Assembly: GCA_965644295.1 (NCBI GenBank)
Contig: CBFFRP010000431.1
Span: forward strand, 62,001 to 126,000
Reading direction: 5' to 3'
DNA length: 64,000 nucleotides
From: Paraphysomonas bandaiensis
Lineage: Eukaryota; Protista; Chrysophyceae
Numbering within the stretch: the stretch's first letter is position 1; every line of letters begins with the position of its first letter. The notes beneath the pieces were generated by a model that had not been told where the DNA came from, made no database searches, and saw nothing but the letters and a program-made list of their open reading frames with translations. The translations under genes and the position numbers were made by a program. Shown here in pieces: positions 14,180-26,127 of this stretch.

Positions 14180-14660
14180 CTAGTCAAGTGGTGCAAAAAC
14201 CTAGTCAAGTGGTGTAAAAACCTAGTCAAGTGGTGTAAAAACCTAGTCAAGTGGTGTAAAAACCTAGTCAAGTGGTGTAAAAACCTAGTCATGTGGTGTA
14301 AAAACCTAGTCAAGTGGTGTAAAAACCTAGTCAAGTGGTGTAAAAACCTAGTCAAGTGGTGTAAAAACCTAGTCATGTGGTGTAAAAACCTAGTCAAGTG
14401 GTGTAAAAACCTAGTCAAGTGGTGTAAAAACCTAGTCATGTGGTGTAAAAACCTAGTCAAGTGGTGTAAAAACCTAGTCAAGTGGTGTAAAAACCTAGTC
14501 AAGTGGTGTAAAAACCTAGTCAAGTGGTGTAAAAACCTAGTCATGTGGTGTAAAAACCTAGTCATGTGGTGTAAAAACCTAGTCAAGTGGTGTAAAAACC
14601 TAGTCAAGTGGTGTAAAAACCTAGCCATGTGGTGTAAAAACCTAGTCAAGTGGTGTAAAA
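14180..14660. repeat. Minisatellite: 23 tandem copies of 21-bp CTAGTC(A)(A/T)GTGGTGTAAAAAC
   Basis: Counted directly. No spacers. Six units carry the CATG variant. Confidence 0.98.
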
Positions 14661-14867
14661 TGGTGTAAATGAAAACCTAGGTTTTCATACAACAATTCAG
14701 CTGCATTTCTACAATAGCACGTACAGTACTTAATGCATAACTGCAATGTCAAAAAAACTTCCTACAGAATGCACTGATCTCCCTGTCATTCAATTGGCCA
14801 CACATCTAGATACATATATATGCCCCAGTGTCGAGAGTATAGATAGTATTAACCCAAACGTGGTCTC

Positions 14868-16015
14868 ATGGAAGCTAATCCAGCTTTTCGAGATATGATG
14901 GGGTATTTCCAGAAGTACCATCAGGCCGAAATGATGGCATCTGTGTGCACCTCCTCATTCGCTCGTCATGTACGTATAGTGTATCCATTGAGCAGTGAAC
15001 TGCTCCGTGATTGTGATAATCCTGAATACGAACCTGTTGTTCACTTGTTTGTGCTAAAGAAAGACGAAAAGTTCGCTGAAATGAATGCTCAAATTGTATC
15101 CACTGCATTGGAACAAGAAAAGTATGGTGATGGAATTCAGGTCAGCAACAAAGGCGGGTTTCATTCCCATCGGGATCTATTTGAGTCAACCCAACGTACT
15201 GCTCCCGCACTGCAACATTTAAAGCGTGTATTGAGTACTGCAGTAGCGGAAGCGGAAGTCTCAGACAGAGCTAATGAGAAAACGTTACAAATGTTTGTGG
15301 ACTCTATTTCTACTGATTCATCTGGAAAAAATGATCTGGAAGGGCCAACATCTTCGTGGATTAATGTCAATAGGGATGGGTAAGAATATTTCATGCCCAT
15401 TTGTAGTCGTTTGCTGATGAATTGTGTTTCATCTGTAATGTTAGGGACTGGAATGGTCTGCACGATCATGAGGGTGCTGTATGGAGTGGAGTTTATTACG
15501 TATCTATTCCGCCTTCTGATCCCAAAGACGAAGCTGTGGTCAGCATCGATGATCTTGCTCAATTGCACTCTGGGAGGCTTTGTCTTCGAACAGCAGTAGG
15601 TGGGTTTGAACATGGCAAGCAAGTTGTAGCTGCAGATTCTGAGCACCCAGAGGGATGGTGTCAGTACGCGTATATAGAGCCAACAGAAGGACTTATTGTG
15701 TTATTTCCATCGTGGCTTCAGCACGGAGTCATGCCTTTGTACACAAAACAAGCTCACGAAACCACGAGGGCCAAGCGCAAGGTGGCTAACCTTTTAGATG
15801 GTAAAAATGCCGGAAACGCTCGAGTTAGCTTGGCATTTAATTTTGGCGAAAAGCTCAAAAGCCCTGACCTAGAGCATAGACACTCTGGTAAAGATAGGAG
15901 CAATCGTTTCGAGAAGGCGGAACTTAGTGTCGTTACTAATACAGGCAAATTCACCGGGTTGAAACGTAAAACTAAAAGGAAAAAGCTGCGTCGAAATTCG
16001 TCTTATCAAAGATAG
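14868..16015 (+). CDS. Putative 2OG-Fe(II) oxygenase, TIGR02466 / 2OG-FeII_Oxy_5-like (one intron about 15380-15443; 5' end uncertain)
   Basis: SNKGGFHS, SWINVNRDG/DWNGLHDH, WSGVYYV, PTEGLIVLFPSWLQHGV, RVSLAFN motifs. Confidence 0.85.
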
Positions 16016-16396
16016 ATATTGAAAGAGTTTCGTGAATGTAAATAGTAGTAAATCTTTGTGGGTAAATACTTGTAATTCATATGTGCCCATATTCCTTTTT
16101 ATTTAGATCATTTTGCTTACCGTCTTACCGATGAATGAGTCCTCTATAGACATAGACACCGACAGTATCGTCGCCTACGTTGAAGTTAGAACTGTATGGC
16201 AGCAGTATTTGGTCTATATACAATTAAATTATAGCAGATAAAATATCTTTATAGACTAGACCCTGCTTCGTTGTTATTCTCCTGGAACACGACTAATCTA
16301 TTTGACCATCATACTTGGCATATTCTTAATACTAAATACCTCTGATGACATCGTTGATGCGTTAATGCTATATACAGTATACAGATGTACAGCCCG

Positions 16397-17536
16397 TAAA
16401 TACCACTCATCATGTGATAATCTGTGGTTCTTCAAGTAGTTATAACCATTCGATATCTTCATATATTGAAAGTCTTTTTATTTAGCAATAGGCGTTAAAA
16501 ACCTGTGCCAATATAGTGGCTAGTTGAATGCTCGACATACTAGTTAGACCTCTACCCATAACTAATCAGCACAAATTCCATTATCCTACTATTTAACGCT
16601 ACAGGAGCTGCTTGTGCGTCGCCGCAAGCACCAAGGTGCGACCACTTCCGTTCTTGATGTTGATTGCGAGTTTCGCCATTGTCGTGTGTCCTAGGACTCA
16701 CCGGCGCTATATGATAGATGTGTATGTAGGGGACACGTTGTGCAACGTACAGCATGACAAGTGAAAGCAGTGATCTAAGTCTACTACTGCAACACTGGAA
16801 CGCTTAAGACTACACATGCATCGGGGACTGCCTTATGTACCTCACGGCAACCAGGGGAACACAGTACTATACTCTGCTTATATTGGCGATCTGGTGGCCT
16901 TCCTTTTGGCATTGTGCCAAGTGGCTCGGAGGTATGTGGATGAAGGTCTTGCAAAAGGTTATGGCCTACTGTGAAGAAGCGTCGAAATCGACTCTTTTGC
17001 TGTCTTAGCCAACGGTAAAGAGCACATGCAAGAGAGTGTATAGCTGGACAGGGGTGGGATATGAGGGTCATCCGGCGTGTCCAGCAACAGGGAGTCGAGA
17101 GGGAGTGTGATGGTGCAAAAGAGGCAACATCTGATTGAGTAGAGTGGGACTGCGCAACAGAACTAGGTCTGCCAAGGTCGGGTACTCTGATAGCCCTATG
17201 CACGAGATGATGATGATGATGGTCTGGAGGAGAGACTCGGACGTCCTCAGCTGCCCTTGTTAGTGTCTGTGTTGGTGCAGGGGGGTACAGGCTGAGGCAT
17301 AGAGTGTGTGTGGAAGGAATATGACGGCAAGGTGTCAGAGACGGAGGGAGGGGAGATGGTTTGTCTGGAGGTTCTCGAGGAGGAGGTAGAGTGTAAGGTG
17401 CGAGTGTATGACAGCGCAGCGGTGTTATGAGTGTGTTGGACAGAGAGAGAGATAGCCGGTGATGTGTCCATAAATACCACTCATCATGTGACAATCTGTG
17501 GTTCTTCAAGTCGTTATATAACCATTCGATATCTTC
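16397..17536. repeat. About 65-bp imperfect direct repeats (16397-16460 and 17471-17536) enclosing a degenerate 1-kb insert
   Basis: TAAATACCACTCATCATGTGA(T/C)AATCTGTGGTTCTTCAAGT...AACCATTCGATATCTTC is present twice. Confidence 0.85.
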
Positions 17537-18194
17537 TGTTGTCGTCTACGTCCACAGACTTTGCACTCGTGCTTGTTTGGTTCACCTTCAACCGGACTCC
17601 AATAGCAGCGGTAAATGTCCCTACTTTTGTATCAGATGTCTCTTCTTATCACTACATGATATATATATTATATTAAGAGAATTAGTACTGTACATACATG
17701 TGTAATATGTAGAGGAACAGAGTACATAAAATATAGAAAATAACATCAAATATAGGCTTTATTCTTATTTTCCGGATATTCATATACATGAACTCAGTTT
17801 TACCCTACAGTTAAGAAGAAGCTTTCTGTATATCTGACCTATAACATACAGTAAAGACCTTTTCTAAAGTTCACTATATTCTGTATTTACGTGTCTACCT
17901 CAGCTATTACTAATGTTACATACTTTATCTAAATCTACTTGCTAAATTCTGGCATGTCATCCTAAACGCTAATAAGATCAAGAATCTCATTCTTTCAAAT
18001 TTTTACAAACAGCATTGGTAAACAGCAGTATCATTTAGTAATCGTTAGTAAAAAATTACTTGCAGTATTCCCAAAGAATTTTGCCGTATACTCGACAGGT
18101 ATCAGGTATTGTCAGTCAAGACTATGTCGTCATTTTAAGATTACAAGAAGAAATATTACACTGCAAAGTAAACAATTAATTCTTTGATTCATCG

Positions 18195-19790
18195 TTACTC
18201 GATATCAGGACAGTCAATACCGCCAACACTGGCCACATCTAATCTCGACAAATATATATCTGTTGTTACATGAGCCAGACACCATATCATATACATTGTA
18301 AACGCTTGATTCGGAATACCAAGTTTTCCAGAGAGAAGCTTTTGCCATATAGTCAGAATTCCGCGTTGGTATGTCAGTACACAGAGCGCATCCGTGTACC
18401 AAAACAATAGTAATTCGATAACCACTGACATGATAGTGATATTCATTAGCTTGATAAAATAGGTGGGTGACAGTTCACTGTAGAGGCAATAGAAGTTTTT
18501 GTTGTATCCGTAGCGCAGGAATACAAAGAAAATCATAAACACCAGTGCGGTATACAGGAAAACGTAAAGCTTCATTCCAGCCCGAATACACTGCCGCTGA
18601 ATCGATACCTCAGGGGTGTGTGACCCGGTAAATACCACAAGTAGACGCATCCGGAGTGGTGAGTCTTTCCAACGCTCAAACAAATATCGTAGCGTGGAGC
18701 GATACCAAGATGAAAAGCAGACTGTGAAATTCACCGCTTCAGAAAGAACATGAATAGATTTCATAATAAAGAAAACCCTATAGGAGTGAACTGATATGAA
18801 TAAGTTCCGATAAAAGGTATAGTAAAAAACAGATATTGTTAATTCCATGAGAACTTCCATACTGGGCCCCCCTGTTTTATGCTGGTCGACTAAAAAACCC
18901 AAGTGTCTAGCCACAGGCCGGATTACTAAAAACGAAATGACAAACATAAGATACACTCCTACTTCGCCAAATGCCCCCTCAGCAGAGTAAAAGAAGAGAG
19001 ATAACCATTGGCAGTACATGTAAGCAGCCGTGACACACAGGAGCATAAACAACGAACGTGCCCACTGATGCACAACAAGCCCAATTATGCGCACACATTT
19101 CATATCCTCAAATGTGGGAGCACACCCACACATATCTTGAGTTAATACAAATGCCCCGGACGTAGGATGCTGACTACTTGGGACTGATAAGTCAGCATCA
19201 GATATCGAATCCGTGACCGTATTCTCACTATCCGAAACGTCTTTTCGGGGATAACTAGCAAGTGAGAGACTTAGTAGTTCCCGAAGCGGCGAAGCAGTTG
19301 TGACTAAATTTATACTTTTGTCAAAACTCCCCATCGAAAGTTTACGCTCCATCTCAGACTTGTCTTTGTCAATAGAATGTATAAGATAAATTATGACTAT
19401 GAAAAAGACCATAAAATTGGCCCCTGTTGTTCGTATGTATCCCAGAGACACATCAATCACACCAAAAAAATATAAGATATAAAATAATAATGTCAATGTT
19501 GTCCCAACAATGAATGAGAATGCAAAACGAAAAGTACTTAATCCAGGTGCAGAGAGTTCGAAAGTATATCTAGACATATTAAATGCTCCAATTCCATAGA
19601 CAAAATGAAACACAAGAAAAGCAATTTCATTAATATCACCATGCATTCCTAATGGAATAGCGATATTGATTAATGCCAGAAGGGCTGCACAGCCACCAAT
19701 TTTGGCAAACAGCAACATATCAAACCCGAAACTACAGACATTCTCAACTTTCAAATTAGTTTCAGCTTCTGTTTTGCTGTCACTTGTCAT
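18195..19790 (-). CDS. Uncharacterised multi-pass membrane protein (about 10-11 TM)
   Basis: Intronless 531-aa ORF: about 4 N-terminal TM segments, a Ser-rich loop, then about 7 more hydrophobic segments. Confidence 0.75.
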   Translation of the reverse strand: MTSDSKTEAETNLKVENVCSFGFDMLLFAKIGGCAALLALINIAIPLGMHGDINEIAFLVFHFVYGIGAFNMSRYTFELSAPGLSTFRFAFSFIVGTTLTLLFYILYFFGVIDVSLGYIRTTGANFMVFFIVIIYLIHSIDKDKSEMERKLSMGSFDKSINLVTTASPLRELLSLSLASYPRKDVSDSENTVTDSISDADLSVPSSQHPTSGAFVLTQDMCGCAPTFEDMKCVRIIGLVVHQWARSLFMLLCVTAAYMYCQWLSLFFYSAEGAFGEVGVYLMFVISFLVIRPVARHLGFLVDQHKTGGPSMEVLMELTISVFYYTFYRNLFISVHSYRVFFIMKSIHVLSEAVNFTVCFSSWYRSTLRYLFERWKDSPLRMRLLVVFTGSHTPEVSIQRQCIRAGMKLYVFLYTALVFMIFFVFLRYGYNKNFYCLYSELSPTYFIKLMNITIMSVVIELLLFWYTDALCVLTYQRGILTIWQKLLSGKLGIPNQAFTMYMIWCLAHVTTDIYLSRLDVASVGGIDCPDIE

Positions 19791-20247
19791 TGAACCGAAT
19801 CGTAATGGTTCGTTACCTAAATAGGTTACGTATGATAAGTTGAATCCTGAACTATGAATGATATCATTATATATGTATGTATGGTGTGGATATATGATAC
19901 AAGTATATGTATGACAATCATGTAGTTAACTGCTGTGAGAATACTGTTGAAATACAACACAATATACGGGACACTGCACCATACACTACGTGTGTACATA
20001 GCAAATTCGACTACTCTTTCTTGGAGTGGTCACTACATATAGTACATACAGCAGTGTATATGGTATAGGTACAAGCAGTGGCAGAGTCCACATATGCATA
20101 CAGCAGTACTGTATATATACACATACGGCACTGGCGTACTATCAATACAAGCAACTCAGAAGACACATTGCTCCATCTACAACTCTTACACCTCCTCTAG
20201 GTAACTTCTCACCCTCATCTAGCTTGTTTCTTTACATTTAGAGAGCA

Positions 20248-23200
20248 ATGGACGAATTAGAGAACCTCTTATCTCTAGGGAAGATCGAGGTGTGTGTCTA
20301 CTGCTTGTGGTGATCATCATATATAATACTATTGCATATATTACAGCGTTTACCTGAGATTTGTCGCAAATTAGAAGATCTTATTAACTTTGATACATCC
20401 TCACAAATATCAGGAGGACAAGAAAGTTTCTATGTGATATTTTTATTCTTGAATCGTGTGTTTGGTGAGGAAGCAACAGGCTGTACCCGAGTGAAAATAT
20501 CAGAGAATTGGGTGCGAGGTAGTTTAGGTGGGTGGCTGAAGCAAGTGAGTTCAGAAAGGACTAGGTCATCGTCATCGTCGTCACATGCTTTAAGTTCTAT
20601 CCCCAAGGAGCTGCAAGGGCTTGGCCTCAATGAAAACACAATGCAGTTGTTAAGCTTGCTCTGGTTTAGTGAAAGTGGCATCTTGAAGGCTATGAGTCCC
20701 TTGCATCGCTGTAATGATACTACCCTAAGCATATTTCCGCGAAAGATTCAAATGCGGCTTCAAGGGCGCCCTGAGTACGAATGTGTTCGTTCTGCGAATC
20801 ATTTCATATACGACGACTGGTTTGTAGGGCGTGGCATGTATCAGGTACTCTGCGTTTATGGATTCTTGGTACATAGCGAAGATATTACATAATTAGTCAT
20901 TGCATATCATCTTTTATTTGCATTCATTTATTCAGGTGGCGAACGTGCCTGCTACAGATGGGTCAACGACAACTGCAGTGCCTCCGAGCGAACTTGACGA
21001 GCTGACCTTGTCTTTAGACATGTTTTCGTTCTACTTGGTGTGCTTTCTGCGGTATCCATTGTCAGGGGATATATTGCGGTCACCATATTCACATAGACAG
21101 CCATCATCAGTGGACGCAGTTGCTTTGGGTCGATTTTTTTCATCCGCAAGTGACGTACATGGGGTGTATCGTATGCTCTCATCTGCCCCTTCAGCACGTG
21201 GAAATGCCTATCTGTCTCTATTGCAGAGATACCTTCATCTCTATCTACCGTCCAGGGTTCATACAGCAGAAAGGGGTAGCCACTATGAAGACTCTGGTCC
21301 GATTAATACGCAGCTATCTAGGAAAGGAGAGTTGTTTTTGCGTCTGTTGATTGATTTTTGGGTGGACTCTATATCGATCGCTCGCTTCTCTTTCGATAAA
21401 CTCCCAATGTTCAAAGACATGATGCGCAGGCAAGCTCTGACGGCTCCAGCAACGAATGCATTGGACAATCTCGCACCCGGTGGAGGGAGCGTTGGCAGCA
21501 GTGGCTATGGATCTCGATTACTGATGACACAACACGAAGTCGATCAAGCCTATTGGGGGGCTGCAGGAAATCCCTCTGCACATTATACGGCCCCTGTTAA
21601 ATGCACCGATGTGGCATTTTTAGAATCTTCTACTCCCACTACAAGCACGTTGCAGTGTGTCTATATTGTCGTCTCGCATGTATTGTCTCATATTCCAGAG
21701 GAATCGTTGCGCTATCTTGGACACGGGGCGGCCTCTTTACGGACAGATGATATGGGTGCCAGCGCTGCTTCTGCATTGCCTTTACCTCATGCTGTGCAGT
21801 TATTACAGCAACCAGTATTCGATCTTCTTCGATCTCTTCTCCACAGGTGGATACTTTCTTTTTATCAGTATGTTTCTAAGGGCGATCGATAGGGGCGACG
21901 GGTTGGACAGGGATAAATTTTTACTAGTTGGAAAGATATGGCACCTGTGGCTGACCCCATGGAAGTTATGTGCCGCTAAAAAGACGCGTGAATCTAATAT
22001 TACTACTCGAACACTGACACGGGCGGTCAGCAGAGGTCTTTGTTCATAAAATTACCTTATATTTGCTGCTGAAGTCTCATGCATGCTCTTGACTTGAAAT
22101 GTGTTTGCATGTGTGCTTGCAGAGGTATATATCGGAATTTTAACTTATTGTTTTAGTTACTGAATCTGCTGATGAAATGCTCAAATGGAGGACCTATATT
22201 GCAGCAAACCTTCATTTCTACACTACTCTTTTGGCCATATTTCTGAAGTAGATATGATATAGTAGCTGTTTGCTTCAATGACTTGTGCTGCAGGTCACTG
22301 GCTATGTGGGATATAGGTTCCAATTTTCATTGTCTATATTTACTGGATGTCACCCTGCAGGTAAATGTTCTAAGTTATATGGCTTAGCATATATTGTTCT
22401 GTTCTGTATAAGTCATCCCGAGTTGTATCTGTGATGTACTTATTATACATCCCGAGTTGTATCTGTGATGTACCTACCGTGATGTTCACGTGTAGATTTA
22501 TACTCCTTGGGTAGTCAATAGCATTGATACACTTTCCATGGGGTTTCTACATTGGTTAAAACGCAGCGCCACCGATGCCAGCAGGGCAGAAATGTTTCTC
22601 TACAGGGATTTTATTCAACACGTTGATGAGGGAGTGTACCAGGCGTATATGGAGGGTAGCCAATTCTGCTACTTATGATGGAAGCTTAGTTGTGTGTATT
22701 ATAGGAGTGAGAGGTGAATCCACCAGGACAAAGAATGAGTTCGTGCCACTTAGTAATGTCGAGATAGATGCTGTTCGTATCCAGGTATGTATATCATAAT
22801 TGTGAGCTGAAGCAGTGGACTCGTCTGGATTTAATACTGTACCAGCATTTGAACCTCTATCCCGGCATGGTGAACTCCGACCCGACAGCAGCTATTGTTC
22901 ACTTCCGCTACGAGACACGAGAGGTAAATTCAGTTGATGGCAAAAAGTTTTGAACTCACGACTTCTTTTTATTCCTCTTTAGGCTGGAAGAGTACTAATT
23001 GACGCTTTAGTACGTCTTTCTGATGTTCCCAAAGCATTCCATGGTATGTATATGTGCAGCTATTGAAAAGTGTTTGAGTTAAGAATTCTAGAAAAACTAC
23101 TGAGTGTCATCCTAGACAAAGCTGTGTACCCATTATTGAAAATACAAGCATCTCAAGGTATTCTTTTAAACTACTTTTCTCCTGATCAAAGACATTCTGT

Positions 23201-24002
23201 AGATACTAAGCCATCAAGACAACGTGATATGAGTATTCAACTGAGGGAGCTTCTTTGCATCGTAGAGAGCGGACTCGCGGATCGCCATGACCGCAGCGCA
23301 GGTGAAGACATACGTTGGAACTCAAGACTGGGGAATTCCGGTAGAGACTCTAGAGAGGTAACCACCCGTGGAAATTTATCCCAGATAATATTTTACTTTT
23401 ATCATTAGGATTGGAAAGATATCGATAAAAGGAAAATTACATTTCGGTAAGAGTTTCTGCGTGTGCCTGATGTGTAGTGTGCCTAATTCTGTGCACTTCA
23501 TGTGCAGTGGTGACGTTATGACTCGGCCCTTGCGCAGTGACGAGTTTGATATACTGGCCCGATTGCTGGTACTCGCGAATTAACCGTAAATTACGCACAA
23601 TGTTAAAGTATACACGTATATATGTAGGTGTACTGGTCAAAGCAGATAAACTCCAAGTATAATCTGCCTTCCGATCCTTCTTCTGTCACGAAGTCGTGGG
23701 TTCAGGTGAAGTCCAAACTGCTTGGATTTATGTTCAATATGATGTGACTGAAATCGTAGATACTGAGGGAGACTAAATTTGGCTTGCGTACCTATACTCA
23801 CATGGTGTCATCTGCGTTTCGAGTAAATCTACGCTTTATGGCTCATATCAGGTGTCTTAGCATTGGATTGTTTTTGTTAACTGTAGTCATACACAAGCTC
23901 CACTGGATAGATGATGTGTACTTTTACGTTATTATTGCAACACTTCTGTTCGCATTTAGTCGAGGAACATTTACTGGTCTTCTGCCTTGGAGATCCTACT
24001 AG
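20248..24002 (+). CDS. Sphingomyelin phosphodiesterase 4 (SMPD4/nSMase3)-like protein, many exons (exact structure approximate)
   Basis: Family-like blocks LDMFSFYLVCFLRY, YLSLLQRYLHLYLP, LQQPVFDLLRSLLHR, WHLWLTPW, WRTYIAANLHFYT, and C-terminal RVNLRFMA followed by TM segments. Confidence 0.7.
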
Positions 24003-24716
24003 TGGACACTGTGGTAATAAGTATGTAGTTGTTGATTGTTTTTATATCGCAGCTGTATCTATGTTATTGAGCATATCGTAGTTACATTAAATACACATTT
24101 TCTGTGCCGACCACTCAGAAATATCAAAAGAAACGAAACGATGGGATAAGTTTTAATCATAATAATGGTAAATCGTAAATCCTATATATTATCGATATCT
24201 ATCTTAGTTCTTCGGAGCTCATAGCTCGTAATCTAGGCAAGAATGAGAATTTTTGTCGTCGTTGTGTGAGTGTAAGTTATAAAGAATACTTGTTTTCTAC
24301 AAGCAATAGCGAGAATTTAGCATTATAAAAGCAATACTGAGAACTCATTACACCTAATTAGTATTCCTTCATGCACTAAAAGTAGCACCTGCGAACTGTA
24401 CCTGCTGTAAATGCTACAGAAATTTAGAACAGCTTCTCTATTTTTTGACTCAATGATATTGCAGTTCTCGTAACATCCTTCTACTTTTCTACGTTCAAAT
24501 TAATTCTCTTTTTATTAGTCAGCATATTACATGACTCTAACAAACTTGTGCATCAAAGGCTAGCTAACGTAAACAGTGCCATAAATTTCTAATTCACCTT
24601 AAGTCTGTGAGAGCAATCTGCATGTACGGTATTATTGTCACATACCACTTCGTTTCCTTCTTTTAGAAAAACGTCTAGTGAATGTTACTCACATAGTCGC
24701 TGTCATATTATCACTC

Positions 24717-25666
24717 CTAACAGCACCCGCCTCCAGCGCTGCCGCCGGAAGGTTTACCGTCCAATTGAGTACGTCCTGGTTTGGCAGGGCGTGTGTTGGA
24801 AAGTAAGGTAGGGTTCTCAAGAATCTATGTATTAGACAGCATGATAAGAAAAGATGCAACTCTCAAATTCACATTTTCTACCTTCTGGACGACTTCATTA
24901 AACACTTGCGAAATGCCTTCCTTGGTCTTTGCACTGGCCTCCATAAAGAGCATTCCTCTAGATCGAGCCCACTCGTCAGCATCTTCGCGGGATACCACTC
25001 GCTGTTGGTCCACCTACAAATTTGTCGTTTAAGTATAGGGGATGCACTTATACATAGACATATACCTTGTTGCCCACCAGAAGTTTTACCACCTCCTTTC
25101 CTCCCCCCATACTGAATTGCTCAACCTCTTGGAGCCACATACTCAAGCTATCAAACGTTTCTTTACGGGTTACATCATATACTGTTTTACGAACAAATAA
25201 TGAGAGTAGTGAATTACAATATTTGGGTTGAACCTAGAATAATTCCTTGTGCACCGCGGTAGTATGAGCTGGTGAGTGTTCTGAATCTTTCTTGTCCAGC
25301 TGAAATATTCAAATCAAATTTGAAGTCAGAAATAAAATGATATACCTGTATCCCAAATTGTAACTTTGACACGTTTAGGACGACCATCTGGTCCAGCAAC
25401 ATCCATTACTTTGACCTTAAAGTCAACACCTACATACACAGAGCTCACATATGAGACATATAAGAGCCCCATATGATGCAAAAGTACCTATCGTGCTCTG
25501 CAAATTGTCATTAAAATACCCATCGGTAAACTGCAACAAGATGCTATAGCAACGAAGCATATTATGAAGATAAGATACCAATATCAGCAGTATACCTTGA
25601 TTTTCCTACACCCGCATCACCAATCAATAGAATTTTAAAAACATGATCCAAGGATTCTGATGACAT
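24717..25666 (-). CDS. RAB18: Rab18 small GTPase (multi-exon)
   Basis: [59 protein letters not shown]-terminal GGCC prenylation motif. Confidence 0.93.
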
Positions 25667-25983
25667 GCTTCACACGCTAACGTCAATAACGAGATAGCGT
25701 TATTTGCATTAACTATTACTCTAAGTGTATGTTGTGTGCAAGATGCAACGACAATTTACAACCCAACTGCATAATAACAACCATAGTCCACTGCATATAT
25801 ACTGTAGGTAGGTATACACAAAGCCAGTTCAGGTACACCATTCCTGGCTGTATATTTTTTTGTCGATATTTTTTTTTCAGATCCAACTGAAAAAATAAAT
25901 AAACTGAAAAAGTTTTCAACTTATTGCGTTGTACATATCAAAATAAGATACGGACTGAAAACACCGATATCTGTGTAAGATAT

Positions 25984-26020
25984 TTCCAGAAAAGCAACTC
26001 TAGAAACTTCGACTTTTCTG
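25984..26020 (+). promoter_or_regulatory. Putative heat-shock elements upstream of Hsp90
   Basis: Alternating nTTCn/nGAAn units: TTCCAGAA and TCTAGAAACTTCGA, about 110-145 bp upstream of the ATG. Confidence 0.55.
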
Positions 26021-26127
26021 GACCTCACAGTGGAGTGATAAGACATCATAGTAATGATCTTAATTTCAGTTCAACCTTTCAGTCATAATTAGCAAGTGAG
26101 ACGATACTTACAAACTAATCATTAAAC

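Noticed and set aside
14098-14668. Heptad-repeat ORFs (TRFLHHL)n and (WCKNLVK)n, or a CRISPR array
   Set aside because: They are by-products of a 21-bp (multiple of 3) tandem repeat. There are no unique spacers, no cas genes, and the context is eukaryotic.
14143-14728. TACTGTAC...GTACAGTA as TIRs around the minisatellite
   Set aside because: Only about 8 bp, and the same motif recurs in many intergenic regions of this window.
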